Made by a program: the position numbers and the translations under genes. DNA of 64,000 nt, taken from a virus. A model generated the notes under the pieces. That model saw nothing but the letters and a program-made list of their open reading frames with translations. It did not search any database and had not been told where the DNA came from. The DNA is taken from positions 1 through 64,000 of IMG/VR virus record IMGVR_UViG_3300019776_000461. One strand, 5' to 3'. This document shows, piece by piece, positions 19,681 through 30,579 of this stretch; the first letter of the stretch is position 1; every line of letters begins with the position of its first letter.

Positions 19681-22600
19681 ATGATGTCATTAGTAGATTT
19701 ACAATCAGACTTATCAAAATTTAGATCAAACTCTGTAAAGCAAGAAAAAACCACGCCTGCTTCTTCAAAAGCTAAGGATGGTAACAATTTTGCTAATGTA
19801 ACGCCTGTTACTGATAATCTTAAAACTATGTCTCCCAATGTAAATCCACTAGAACAAAGTAATTTAGAAGGAATGATGAGTTCAACTAAATTAGACGATA
19901 TAAATAAATTTCAAACAAAACCAATATCTGAACTACTCGGTAAAACTAAATTAGACGATATAAAGAAATTAAATTCAAAACCATTGTCTGGACTACTTGG
20001 TAAAACTAAATTAGACGATATAAAGAAGTTCAAAACAAAACCAATAACAGATTTGTTGGGTAAATCTAAGTTAGATGATACTAAGGCGTTTAATACAAAA
20101 CCAATTGAAAGTAGATTGGATGGAACTAAGTTAGATGATATTAACGCTTTTAACACGAAGTCTATTGAAAGCAGATTGGAAGGAACTAAATTAGATGATA
20201 TAAATCCATTTACAACTACACCAATAGAAAAAAGATTAGAAATTTCTAAATTAGATGATATTGTAAAAAAAGTTTTTGAAGAAGGTTTAGTAAACTCTGT
20301 TTCAAAGTATTCAGCTATTAATACTAATTTAGAAACAACTCCAATAAGTAACGTATCAACCGAAAATGTAATTTCAGAATTGGGTAATGTTCGTAGAGAA
20401 TTGTTTTCAAGTAAATTAGATAAGTCTGAAACTGAAGTAAGTAGAGTGTCTGTTGGACAAAACAACTTAAAATCAAATATAAATGTTGCAGATTCACAGT
20501 TAACATTTGATAGAAAAAACTCTACACCTAATATAGATACCGAATTAAATAATCAAACGAACAATATAACAGATCCAAAAATTGGAATAACTCCATCTAC
20601 GTTATTTACAGATAGAACAAAACAATCTGCCATAATAGCAACTAAAAATTTGATATTACCAAATGACGATGTTGTAAACCCAGATGTTGTTATTTCTAGC
20701 AAACCTTTGTTTAATGACTTAAAACCACAATCGGTTTTAATAAATAAAGGTTTAGTATCCCCATTGAATAATATAGTTAATCCAGATATTGCTTTAGAGC
20801 GGTCTGTTTTATCCTTTGAAAGAGCAACAGAATCACCAGAACTTGTAACTGATATACCAACAACCGATTACGTTACTATACCAGATACAAAGGTTTTTAG
20901 AGTTGATTTAAAATCAAAATTAGAAAAAGATATAAGTGATTTGAATGTTGATGGAATACCTACAAAATATGTTCCTGTTTCAAAATTAATGGAAATGACT
21001 CCAACTCAAATAGTTGATACCATTAGATACGACTTACAGTCATTGCAATTAGAAGACAACAGTAAATACAATTTGGATAAAGTTTTAAAAACTATACCAT
21101 CTGGTAGAAATGAAAATCCAGAAAAATCAAAATATTCTGTTATAGGAACTCAAGAATCTAATTTCTTTTCTAATGATTTTGCAGAAGGATTTACTGCAAG
21201 ACAACAATTCGGTGATAGTAAATATGTTGGTGATTCAGCGTTTGGATGGCAAGGAAAAGCAAATGCAGCACCTGCCGTTAATTTTATACAAGACGTTAAT
21301 AGTCAAGGATTTCAAACATTTGCTCAGAACGGAAAAACTGCTTTCATTCTTAATAGTTCAAAATATGGTTTTGTAAATATACCAGAAACAGACTTTTTTG
21401 ATGAAAATAACTTATATACAAAAGAAGGGTTCAAATCTTTTACGAGAAATTATGAATCTGCTTTTATAGAGAACTCATCTATATTCTCTTGGGATGGTAA
21501 AAAAGATAAAGCACCAGAAGTAAATTATTTTGATATAGGTGGAATTAATACAACATCTGGCTTTACTAAATTAGCACAATTATATAATACCAATTATGTG
21601 TTAGAATCTTCTCAATTTGATTGGGACGGAACTGCACCTGCTGTAAATTATTTTGATATTACAAATCAATACACTACTGATGGTTTTAAAACTTTATCTC
21701 AACCATTTATATCGAGTTATATTCCTGACTCTTCTCAATATGATTGGGACGGAACACGTGATCAATCACCTGAAGTAAATTATTTTGATTTAATCGGTAG
21801 ATATACTACTGCCGGATTTACAAAATTCGCACAGAACTATGACAGTAAATATATCCAAGATGCTTCACAATTCGACTGGGACGGTTCAAAAGAGCAGGTG
21901 CCAGTTGTAAACTACTTTGATATATCAAACGCCAATACAACCGATGGGTTTACGAAATTTGCACAAAATTTAGATACTAAATATATACCAGATTCTTCTA
22001 TATTCGATTGGGATGGCGCAAGAGCAGATGTTCCTGTTGTAAATTATTTTGACTTGACTAACACTTATACAAACGATGGATTTACTTCTTTCTCAAATTT
22101 GTATGATAGTAAGTATATTCAAGATTCTTCACAATTCGACTGGAATGGTAAACGAGAAAATGTTCCAACTGTAAATTATTTTGATTTAACAAACGCACAC
22201 ACTAATATTGGTTTTCATTCGTTTGCGGCTAAATTAGATTCTAAGTACATTAAAGAATCTTCTCAATTTGATTGGGATGGAACACGAGTTAAAGCACCGG
22301 CTGTTGATTACTTTGATTTAACAAAGAGAAACACAACATCTGGGTTCACAACATTTCATCAGCTGAATGATTCAAAATATGTAAAAGAATCTTCAATATT
22401 CGATTGGGACGGTGTTCGTTCACAAGCACCTGCGGTAAACTATTTAGATTTATTGAAACAATATACAACCGAAGGATTCAACACCTTTACTCAGTTTGAA
22501 ATAACAAAATATATTCCTGATTCTTCTCAATTTGATTGGAATGGAACACGCTCAGATGCTCCAGCTGTGGATTACTTTGATGTTTCCAAAAAGAATACAA

Positions 22601-25600
22601 CAGTTGGTTTCCATACGTTCGCAAGAAAATATGAGAGCAAATACGTACCAGAATCATCAGAATTTGATTGGGACGGAACAAAACAAAAAGCACCAGCGGT
22701 TGATTACTTTGACTTAACTAAGAAATTTACTACGGTGGGTTTCCATACGTTTGCAAGAAAATTAGAAACAAAATATATACCAGAATCATCTGAGTTTGAT
22801 TGGGATGGTAAGAAGCAAAAAGCTCCTGCGGTTAATTACTTTGACTTGAATAAAAGAAACACAACAATAGGGTTTCACACATTCGCACAACAGTATGATA
22901 CAAAGTATATACCAGAATCTTCAATATTCGATTGGGATGGAAATAGAGGTAAAGCACCTGCTGTAAATTATTTTGATTTATCAAATATTGCAACATCAAA
23001 GGGTTTTCATATATTAGCACAACAACAAGAACCAACATCATATCAAACAACTGGTACTCGATTGAAAGATGGTGCATCTCGTTTTGATTGGGATGGTACA
23101 CGAGATAAAGCACCCGAAGTAAATTATTTTGACGCTAATAAAATTGTAACTTCTAAAGGTTTCCATAAGTTTGCTGCCCCACTTGAACCAACAAAATATC
23201 AAAACGATGGTAAGTCATTGAAAGATGATGCTACTATTTTTGATTGGGATGGTTTACGTGATAAAGCAAATGAAATTGATTTTTTTGATTCAACTAAAAG
23301 ATTTACTAAAAAAGGTTTTCATAGGTTAGCACAACAGTTAGAACCAACCCAATACAATCACGAGGCTTCCGACTATACCTTTAAGGGAACTAAACCAGAA
23401 ACTGGTATTAACTATTTTGACTCTAATACAAGAAATGCATCTGGTTTCACACAAAAGGCAGAACCATTACAGACTGAATATAAGCACGAGTCTTCAAATT
23501 TTGGATTTACAGGTAAATTACCAAATCCGATTGATTTCTTTGATAACAAAGATTCAGATGGTTTTGTGTTAAATACAGAACCACTTCAAAGTAAATTTAA
23601 GGAAGACACTAGTAGGTTTACATTTGTAGGAAAAAGAAGTAATGCACCTGCAATTGATTATATAGAAAATAAAAATGCTCCAGGATTTAAGTCATTTCCT
23701 GCATTACTTGAATCTAACTATGATTTAGATTCTACACAATTTGGTTGGAGAGGTGGACGTATAAATGCACCAGAAGTAGATTTCTTAGATAATGCTGCTT
23801 CGAGTGGTTTTACAACATTCGCACAGACATATCAAAGTTTTTATACTGAAGATTTTGGTAAATATAATTGGAAAGGAGCACGTTCAGAAGCACCAAATGT
23901 TAGTTGGTTTGGTATTACGCCAAAAAGAAAAATGCAACTACCAGATTTGGATTCTGCTACTCGTAGTGTTATGACTGACCAAGGGTTTAAAACTTTCTTT
24001 GAAAATAAAGAAAATACAAACTTAGCGTCAAGTTATTCAACACTATCAACTGAAAATGGACAAAATAAATCTGCGATTAATAATATTCCTATGACCAATT
24101 TCTTTGGTTATACTCCTTCTACAAGAAATGGCTTTATGATAAAAATGTCATCAACTAGTGATACTATGTACCCAATAGTTTCACCTATGATGAAATATGA
24201 TTTACAGATTCAACAAAGAACTCCTATTCAAATATCAAGAGGTGAACTACAAGGTGGACTTGTTAAAGATAGAGAATTGTATGCACCTAACGCTTTTGGT
24301 AAAAAAATAGTAGGTTCAACTACATCTGGTAAATTGGCTTCATTGCAAAACCAAGTACCAGATTCTAAAGTTAAAACTGATGCTTCTTACTATGGAAGAA
24401 CATACGAAGAAAATGTAAGAAATTTTACTGATAAACAAGGTTATGTAAGTAAATGGGCATTAAAACGTAACTCACCGTCACCGTTGGATTTACAATACTC
24501 TAAGTTTAATTTAAGAGCGGATGCTTATAATCCAGACTTCTTAGGTTCAGCAGACCAACCATTCGTGTTGAGAGATATTGGACAGAGATGGGGATTTGGT
24601 GCAAACTTTGATGAAGGACTCGTTCGTGGTGGTGCTGTTACAATGGCAGACCGTATTCTCAATGACGTAATACGTGTTGGTAAATTCTTGGTAACGGGTA
24701 AAGGTTTACTGTTCTTAGCAAAACAAGTTGGTTTACAATTAATGAATCCGAATGTAGATGAAAGACCAGCGAACGGTATTATCGATTCATTAGCTTCAGC
24801 AACTTCATTTGGAATGTCACCAACACAAATTTTCAATCCTGCTGCTTTAATTGCAAATACAGGTGGTGCACCAATTGGTTTAAGATTACCAAGACATAGT
24901 TTGTTGGGTGCTTTAGATTCATCGATGTTGAACAGATACGGTGATACTGCTATAAAAAGAGAATTTTTAGCTGATGGTACGCCTGCTGGTTCAAATTTCA
25001 AAGGATTAGAAGTACCAGAAAGTGATGGTGATCAAACAGATTACAGTAGATTAATCGGATTGATGAAAGAATTATTACCTAATTCATTCAAACCAAATGT
25101 TTCTGGTTTAACATTTGATCATGAACATTCAAAAATATACAGAGTTTCAAGTGGATTTGGTGGACCAGGTGCTCCATTGGGAATCGGTGGTACAAAAATA
25201 AGAAGAGCGAGACATCCGTACCTTACTTATTATACAACTAATGCGTTATTAACCGAACAACCTACACCACCACCATCAACATCAACAACGTCAGGTGGAG
25301 GTGCAGGTGCTGCAGCAGCAGCCGCAGCAGGAACAGCCGCAGCAGCAGCAGGTGTGGCATCCGTTGCAGGACTTGGGGCAAGTGGTAATCCAGCATACCA
25401 AACAACTGCTTTAAGAAATCAATTTTATAGTTTGTCAGATAAAGAAGGTAATTCTTCTCCAGGTGGTTCTTATTCCGCTGAATTGTTGAGAGAGTATACT
25501 CAAAATGATAGAAAGATATTTGGTATGCTCCGAGGACTTGCAAACATGTTACCGAATGGTCCAAGTGAAACTGTAAGTGCAGCAGGTGGAACACCAACAA

Positions 25601-27480
25601 GTGCATCATCAGCACCATCTATGTCATTACACACTCAAACTATAACAAGAATTGGTGGTATGAATACTTTCAATCCTACCACTAAAATATTTTCAAGTAG
25701 GATAAAACCATCAGATTTTAGTGCTGCTGCAAACAACAATGAGTTTCCTTTGGAGAGAAATAATCCAAATGAAACCGATCCATTGAAGAAGTATTTAACT
25801 GCAACTTATAGCAATTTAAGAAAGGCGGATGTTGGTAGTATATCCCGTTCTCGTAAGTACAATGATTTTAGATTTGATTTGTACAATAATCCAGTTGGTG
25901 CTGCTTCTGGTAGTACCGAAGTTGGAGACCAATTAAAGACACGTGAATATGTTATGAGTGACCCAAAATATGTTAATTATGATAAATTAAATTTAGAAAG
26001 AAATTTTGGAATGGGTTCTCATGGTGAGCCAGGCACTCAAAGAAATTTACCATTTATAACAAATGTTCAATATAAAAAACACAAATTGACTGGTGCTACT
26101 GTTCCAACGGTAAAACCTGGTAGACAATTTAGAGGTGACCGAATAAACATAATTGATTATAAACGAGTATCAAAAGCAATTAGTAAAAATTTAGTATATG
26201 AGAAAGGGCAATACGGAGATGGTTCAGTTCCAGGCTCTGATGATTTAGTAGAATTTTACTTCACAGGTTTGAAAATTAGAGCAGGTGGTGTTAATAAACC
26301 TGCTGAAATTATAGCGTTTCGTGCTACATTTGATAATATTCAAGATACACATAGTCCAAAATGGAATGCCATAAAATACATGGGTAGAGGAGACCCACTC
26401 TATACTTACGATGGTTATGAAAGAAGTATTTCATTTGGATTTACTGTGCACATTGGTTCTCGTGATGAAATGAAAGCATCATGGAGGAAGTTGAATTATC
26501 TTGCATCATGGACTGCTCCTGAATATACATCCGCTGGTTTAATACGTGGACCTGTTGTTCGTTTGAATATTGGCCATTTGTATCGTAAAATGCCAGGATT
26601 TATAAGTTCATTATCATATACTTTTGACAATGCAGGTGGTGTATGGGAAACAGCAAACTTATCACAAGATAAGAATTTGAAAGTAAAGTCTGCTCCAAAT
26701 GATGCAAATCCTAATGTATTGCTTTCTTCACCTGGTGTCTTACAATTACCTAAAACTGTTCAAGTATCTGTTGGATTTACTCCGTTTGGTGTATATCGTC
26801 CAGAATACAATGGTGTTATGTACTCATTGTATGACGATGGTAATAGTACAGGTGATTCACCAGAGAGTGGATTGATGCCAACATCTAATACTAAGGTAAA
26901 TTACTTCAGAGCGTTTGACGCAGATGACGCTGGTAATGTAGTTGACGCATTGGATCCAGATAATGTAGTTCTATTGAATTCACCTAAACCAGACGGTAAA
27001 GAAGCAGAATTGGTAGAAGTTGTTACCGAGAAGCGAGATAATTTAACTGAAGCAGAAGATGATCCATCTACGAATCCAAAATCTCCAACAACAGTTGGAA
27101 GTGGTACAAATAATGCAGCACCAGCAACAACACCGGGTTCAGGTGTTCTGGCATCAGCAGCTAATCCAGAAAATACAACTCCTGATACAAATACACTATC
27201 TGCAAATAATTTAACTGGATTAGGAGCAACTTCACCAAATCCATTTACTCCTCAACCATTTAGAGTAGTACCAACAACTGCACCTGCTAACGTACCAACT
27301 CCAACAACTGGTTGGGAAAGTCTAAATAAGACTGGACAAACAAACTTACCAGTTGCTGGTTCTAATGCAACAGGTGGTACTGAACTCGGACTTGATTATC
27401 AAGATTTATATAAAAATGTAGGCGCTACTTCTGGATCTAGTGATAAGAAAGTAAGTAAAAAGAAGAAAAAGCGTGGATAA
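19681..27480 (+). CDS. Giant repeat-rich baseplate protein with C-terminal tail-tube-initiator-like domain
   Basis: C-terminal FRA.FD.IQD...KW....YMGRGDP.YTY.GYERSISFGF...WRKLNYLAS...P.VRLNIG resembles tube-like baseplate proteins. Lies between the tape measure and LysM genes. Contains three repeat arrays. Confidence 0.6.
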   Translation: MMSLVDLQSDLSKFRSNSVKQEKTTPASSKAKDGNNFANVTPVTDNLKTMSPNVNPLEQSNLEGMMSSTKLDDINKFQTKPISELLGKTKLDDIKKLNSKPLSGLLGKTKLDDIKKFKTKPITDLLGKSKLDDTKAFNTKPIESRLDGTKLDDINAFNTKSIESRLEGTKLDDINPFTTTPIEKRLEISKLDDIVKKVFEEGLVNSVSKYSAINTNLETTPISNVSTENVISELGNVRRELFSSKLDKSETEVSRVSVGQNNLKSNINVADSQLTFDRKNSTPNIDTELNNQTNNITDPKIGITPSTLFTDRTKQSAIIATKNLILPNDDVVNPDVVISSKPLFNDLKPQSVLINKGLVSPLNNIVNPDIALERSVLSFERATESPELVTDIPTTDYVTIPDTKVFRVDLKSKLEKDISDLNVDGIPTKYVPVSKLMEMTPTQIVDTIRYDLQSLQLEDNSKYNLDKVLKTIPSGRNENPEKSKYSVIGTQESNFFSNDFAEGFTARQQFGDSKYVGDSAFGWQGKANAAPAVNFIQDVNSQGFQTFAQNGKTAFILNSSKYGFVNIPETDFFDENNLYTKEGFKSFTRNYESAFIENSSIFSWDGKKDKAPEVNYFDIGGINTTSGFTKLAQLYNTNYVLESSQFDWDGTAPAVNYFDITNQYTTDGFKTLSQPFISSYIPDSSQYDWDGTRDQSPEVNYFDLIGRYTTAGFTKFAQNYDSKYIQDASQFDWDGSKEQVPVVNYFDISNANTTDGFTKFAQNLDTKYIPDSSIFDWDGARADVPVVNYFDLTNTYTNDGFTSFSNLYDSKYIQDSSQFDWNGKRENVPTVNYFDLTNAHTNIGFHSFAAKLDSKYIKESSQFDWDGTRVKAPAVDYFDLTKRNTTSGFTTFHQLNDSKYVKESSIFDWDGVRSQAPAVNYLDLLKQYTTEGFNTFTQFEITKYIPDSSQFDWNGTRSDAPAVDYFDVSKKNTTVGFHTFARKYESKYVPESSEFDWDGTKQKAPAVDYFDLTKKFTTVGFHTFARKLETKYIPESSEFDWDGKKQKAPAVNYFDLNKRNTTIGFHTFAQQYDTKYIPESSIFDWDGNRGKAPAVNYFDLSNIATSKGFHILAQQQEPTSYQTTGTRLKDGASRFDWDGTRDKAPEVNYFDANKIVTSKGFHKFAAPLEPTKYQNDGKSLKDDATIFDWDGLRDKANEIDFFDSTKRFTKKGFHRLAQQLEPTQYNHEASDYTFKGTKPETGINYFDSNTRNASGFTQKAEPLQTEYKHESSNFGFTGKLPNPIDFFDNKDSDGFVLNTEPLQSKFKEDTSRFTFVGKRSNAPAIDYIENKNAPGFKSFPALLESNYDLDSTQFGWRGGRINAPEVDFLDNAASSGFTTFAQTYQSFYTEDFGKYNWKGARSEAPNVSWFGITPKRKMQLPDLDSATRSVMTDQGFKTFFENKENTNLASSYSTLSTENGQNKSAINNIPMTNFFGYTPSTRNGFMIKMSSTSDTMYPIVSPMMKYDLQIQQRTPIQISRGELQGGLVKDRELYAPNAFGKKIVGSTTSGKLASLQNQVPDSKVKTDASYYGRTYEENVRNFTDKQGYVSKWALKRNSPSPLDLQYSKFNLRADAYNPDFLGSADQPFVLRDIGQRWGFGANFDEGLVRGGAVTMADRILNDVIRVGKFLVTGKGLLFLAKQVGLQLMNPNVDERPANGIIDSLASATSFGMSPTQIFNPAALIANTGGAPIGLRLPRHSLLGALDSSMLNRYGDTAIKREFLADGTPAGSNFKGLEVPESDGDQTDYSRLIGLMKELLPNSFKPNVSGLTFDHEHSKIYRVSSGFGGPGAPLGIGGTKIRRARHPYLTYYTTNALLTEQPTPPPSTSTTSGGGAGAAAAAAAGTAAAAAGVASVAGLGASGNPAYQTTALRNQFYSLSDKEGNSSPGGSYSAELLREYTQNDRKIFGMLRGLANMLPNGPSETVSAAGGTPTSASSAPSMSLHTQTITRIGGMNTFNPTTKIFSSRIKPSDFSAAANNNEFPLERNNPNETDPLKKYLTATYSNLRKADVGSISRSRKYNDFRFDLYNNPVGAASGSTEVGDQLKTREYVMSDPKYVNYDKLNLERNFGMGSHGEPGTQRNLPFITNVQYKKHKLTGATVPTVKPGRQFRGDRINIIDYKRVSKAISKNLVYEKGQYGDGSVPGSDDLVEFYFTGLKIRAGGVNKPAEIIAFRATFDNIQDTHSPKWNAIKYMGRGDPLYTYDGYERSISFGFTVHIGSRDEMKASWRKLNYLASWTAPEYTSAGLIRGPVVRLNIGHLYRKMPGFISSLSYTFDNAGGVWETANLSQDKNLKVKSAPNDANPNVLLSSPGVLQLPKTVQVSVGFTPFGVYRPEYNGVMYSLYDDGNSTGDSPESGLMPTSNTKVNYFRAFDADDAGNVVDALDPDNVVLLNSPKPDGKEAELVEVVTEKRDNLTEAEDDPSTNPKSPTTVGSGTNNAAPATTPGSGVLASAANPENTTPDTNTLSANNLTGLGATSPNPFTPQPFRVVPTTAPANVPTPTTGWESLNKTGQTNLPVAGSNATGGTELGLDYQDLYKNVGATSGSSDKKVSKKKKKRG
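19885..20262 (+). repeat. Coding tandem repeat, 60 nt (20 aa) x about 7: TKLDDIxxFxTKPIxxxLxx
   Basis: (T/S)KLDD units begin at 19885, 19945, 20005, 20065, 20125, 20185 and 20245. Confidence 0.9.
21220..23910 (+). repeat. Coding tandem repeat, mostly 132 nt (44 aa), about 20 copies: SSxFDWDGxxxxAPxVNYFDxxxxxTTxGFxxFAxxxxxKYIxx
   Basis: (F/Y)DW codons at an exact 132-nt spacing from 21739 to 22927, then 156 nt (23083, 23239); degenerate copies on both sides. Confidence 0.9.
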
Positions 27481-27482
27481 AG

Positions 27483-27490
27483 ATATTTAT
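27483..27490 (+). promoter_or_regulatory. Putative late promoter (ATATTTAT)
   Basis: Intergenic motif. Confidence 0.65.
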
Positions 27491-27528
27491 ATATAATTAG
27501 TTTTATCTATAATCGTATTAGAGGATTT

Positions 27529-27864
27529 ATGTCAAAGCGATATAACGGAACGTACATAGTTAACAATGCAAGAAAAGAAGACTCGGATGGTAAAGTTCGC
27601 CTTATTAGGAGACTTTCTACTGTTTTTTATCCAAATTTTTCTAAAGCAGAAGATACACAAATTCTTTCACAAGAAGGTGATAGACTTGATATTATAGCTA
27701 AAGAATATTATGGTGATGAATCTCTTTGGTTTGTTATTGCTAAAGTAAATAATCTTGGAAAAGGTAGTTTAAATGTTCCAGCTGGTACAATTTTAAGAAT
27801 ACCATATTACCAAGAAGACACAGGAATAGTATCGTTACTGAATAATTACAACAGTTGGAGATAA
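27529..27864 (+). CDS. LysM-domain baseplate wedge protein (gp53 / P2 gpX-like)
   Basis: EGDRLDIIAKEYYGDESLWFVIAKVN...G..LRIP. Confidence 0.85.
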   Translation: MSKRYNGTYIVNNARKEDSDGKVRLIRRLSTVFYPNFSKAEDTQILSQEGDRLDIIAKEYYGDESLWFVIAKVNNLGKGSLNVPAGTILRIPYYQEDTGIVSLLNNYNSWR

Positions 27865-27868
27865 TATT

Positions 27869-29869
27869 ATGCCAACTTGGGGTGGAACATACGAAAATCC
27901 TTTCTACCATAACGTTAGAGGAAATGTAAAGGGTGAATTAAATGCAAGAGCAAAACATTACGGAACACGAGTAAGAGCAGGAAAAACTAATACATCATTA
28001 GAATGGTCTTATGGAAAAACAGCATATGGTCATGTAAAAGGTGCATCAGGAGTTACACTTGGTTTCCCTGGTGCAAAAGTTATGTCTGATATGAGTGGTA
28101 ATATTAAATTATATAATTCAAGAAATGTACCGAAGTTTCCACTTTTACAATCGATTGATGTTACAAACGATGGTACTGTTGGTTCTTTATTGCGTGGTAA
28201 ATTTGTATTTACATATTTTCCAGAACTTGGCTCTGGTGGATTTAATATGTCTGGTTTAGATAAAGCGTTCTTCACACCAGGCGTGGAAGTAAGTCTTTCT
28301 TGGGGTTGGAGTTATGGTGGACCATCTTGTAGACAATCATTTACAGGTATAGTAAATAACTTCAATTGGTCTTTTAATCCAGACCTTTCAATGACGGCTG
28401 ACTGTTCTGTTGTTTCCGCAGCAACACTCGCACTTGGTTTATCTGGTGATCAATCAATTAACATGGAAAATACAGGAACATCAACTGAGGTGAAAGATCC
28501 AGCAGAAGTACCCATTCAAGCAAGTAATCTTGCTTCTGTTATTGATGTGGATTTGGGATTGGGTAATAAGGATGAAGAGAAAACAGATTCCGAACAAACA
28601 CCACCACCACCACCCGATGCAAGTGCCGGAGGTGGAGGAGTTGTAACATGGGAAGCAGTTAAAGCTGGTGATATTACTACGATACCTGCTGGAAGTACAA
28701 TAAACAAACTTTTAGATTATATAGGGATAGGTTGGCCATTCCAAGAAGAATCACCCGAAGAAGAAGAAGTTGATGGTAAAAAAGAAGAAACACCACCAGA
28801 GGGTGAAGCTCCTGTAAAAACATTTTGGTATATTACAATTGACTCACTTGTTGATTTTGGTAATAAACTCATAAAGGCTTTTGAAAAAGGTGGGAAGGGG
28901 TTGAGTCAAGTATTTACTTTACAAGTTGAAGGGAATTACACTTGTCTTGTGGATATACAATCAGCATACCCAATGGACGTAATATTTCCAAGTGCAACGA
29001 TGGGTGTATATGGTGACTGCGCTCCAGCATATCCATTCCAATGGGATTCGAGTGGTAAAGGAGAAATTGGTAAAATTTTATTAGGCGTTGACCATGTAAA
29101 AAAGAGTTATAAAGAATTTGTAGCAGAAAATACTGCAAATATACCTTATAAGAATATAACTAAGTTTTTTGAAACTATATTGAAACAAGTAAACATTGCG
29201 TCAGGTGATATGTACCAGATAAGTGCTGTTTTATGTGAACCACCTTCAAACTTTGATGGAAATGTAGAATCAAAGTTAGCAAAATCGGTGGTATCAATTG
29301 AAGATAGTAATTTATGTAAAACATATACTGATAGTGTTAAACCATTAAAGTTTGAAGCAACTATATTCAAACCACTAATAAAATCTGTTAGTATATCATC
29401 AAAACCACCTGCTGCAATGACTGCTGCAGCGTATGTTCAACAAAGAGGTAATGCACCATCAAATACGGAAAATAAAGCAGACGCACCAAAGGGAGCGGAG
29501 GGTGAATTGACAAAAGCAAAAGACTCACGAACTAAAGCAGTTGAGAACTTTACTAAAACTGGTTTTAATCTAGCTTGGTGTGAAGGATTCCGTGGTATTC
29601 TAACTACAATTAAAAAAAATTCAAGTAACCCTAAAGATGCACATTGGTTAAATCAAGCACTTTATCCAATAGACTTTACAGTTACGATAGATGGTGTAAG
29701 TGGATTTAGATTTGGCGATGTTGTTTCAACTTCACTCGTTCCAACTTCTTATATTAGAGCATCATTAGTTTTTGTTGTTACTAAAATAGATCATAAAATA
29801 ACAGCAGCGGCATGGGAAACAACATTACATACTGCTGCAAGAATTGCAATGGATGGAAGTACACTTTAA
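27869..29869 (+). CDS. Baseplate hub protein (gp27 / gpD-like)
   Basis: PGVEVSLSWGW, G.V.NFNWS, TIDGVSGFRFGD...VTKIDHKI..WETTL; synteny. Confidence 0.65.
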   Translation: MPTWGGTYENPFYHNVRGNVKGELNARAKHYGTRVRAGKTNTSLEWSYGKTAYGHVKGASGVTLGFPGAKVMSDMSGNIKLYNSRNVPKFPLLQSIDVTNDGTVGSLLRGKFVFTYFPELGSGGFNMSGLDKAFFTPGVEVSLSWGWSYGGPSCRQSFTGIVNNFNWSFNPDLSMTADCSVVSAATLALGLSGDQSINMENTGTSTEVKDPAEVPIQASNLASVIDVDLGLGNKDEEKTDSEQTPPPPPDASAGGGGVVTWEAVKAGDITTIPAGSTINKLLDYIGIGWPFQEESPEEEEVDGKKEETPPEGEAPVKTFWYITIDSLVDFGNKLIKAFEKGGKGLSQVFTLQVEGNYTCLVDIQSAYPMDVIFPSATMGVYGDCAPAYPFQWDSSGKGEIGKILLGVDHVKKSYKEFVAENTANIPYKNITKFFETILKQVNIASGDMYQISAVLCEPPSNFDGNVESKLAKSVVSIEDSNLCKTYTDSVKPLKFEATIFKPLIKSVSISSKPPAAMTAAAYVQQRGNAPSNTENKADAPKGAEGELTKAKDSRTKAVENFTKTGFNLAWCEGFRGILTTIKKNSSNPKDAHWLNQALYPIDFTVTIDGVSGFRFGDVVSTSLVPTSYIRASLVFVVTKIDHKITAAAWETTLHTAARIAMDGSTL

Positions 29870-29877
29870 TAAGAATT

Positions 29878-30573
29878 ATGCCAAGAAAAAAAATATATTA
29901 CCCAGATGAACAGATTCAAAAAAACCTTTTTACAGAAGGTAGAGAATACATGTTCTTAGATGATTGGCAAGAATATACTGGTTATTACCATAAATATTCT
30001 ACTGGTGAGGTATATACTGAAAAAGAATGGGATGCTCAAAAGTCAAAGAGATTAATCAGATTCAAAGCAGGTAGTGATAGTTATTTCAAATATTTAGATT
30101 TGAAGCAATTTACCGTATTTCAAAACGGTGACAAGAAAAAAATAGCAGGTGGTGCTCAAAATCAATATTACAGATACGCTTCTCCTCGTGTTGTTAAAAT
30201 AGTACCAAATCAGTCTGAATTAAATACTGGACTTGTAATGCGATACTTTGTTTATAAAAGAAATGAACCAGAGCGTGTGTTTTTTGAGATAGATAAAAAA
30301 CAAGTTAAAGATTATAAATCTACAAACAGAGGAATTAACCATTTATTGTATGGGGTGATTACAATAGGTTGGAAAACGGGTGGACCAGAGTATGATGTAT
30401 ATGATGGTGATATATTGGTTACACCAGGAGTTGTTGATACTAATAAAAGAATTATTAAGAGATATTCAAAAAAATTCCCTATGTTAGCTAAATTCATAAC
30501 CAATTACAGAAAATTCTCAAAGTATGATACAGGATTTTCAAATTTAACTACTGGTTGCATTAATTGTAAATAA
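29878..30573 (+). CDS. Hypothetical phage protein (tail module)
   Basis: ATG 29878 (MPRKKIYYP) just after the hub stop; Tyr-rich. Confidence 0.6.
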   Translation: MPRKKIYYPDEQIQKNLFTEGREYMFLDDWQEYTGYYHKYSTGEVYTEKEWDAQKSKRLIRFKAGSDSYFKYLDLKQFTVFQNGDKKKIAGGAQNQYYRYASPRVVKIVPNQSELNTGLVMRYFVYKRNEPERVFFEIDKKQVKDYKSTNRGINHLLYGVITIGWKTGGPEYDVYDGDILVTPGVVDTNKRIIKRYSKKFPMLAKFITNYRKFSKYDTGFSNLTTGCINCK

Positions 30574-30579
30574 AATATT

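Noticed and set aside
19885-20262. 60-nt periodic repeat as a CRISPR array
   Set aside because: It lies in frame within a long CDS, the intervening parts are themselves homologous, variation is largely synonymous or conservative, and no cas genes are present.
21220-23910. 132-nt repeats as a diversity-generating retroelement template/variable pair
   Set aside because: There are many tandem coding copies, differences are not restricted to adenines, and no reverse transcriptase is in the window.
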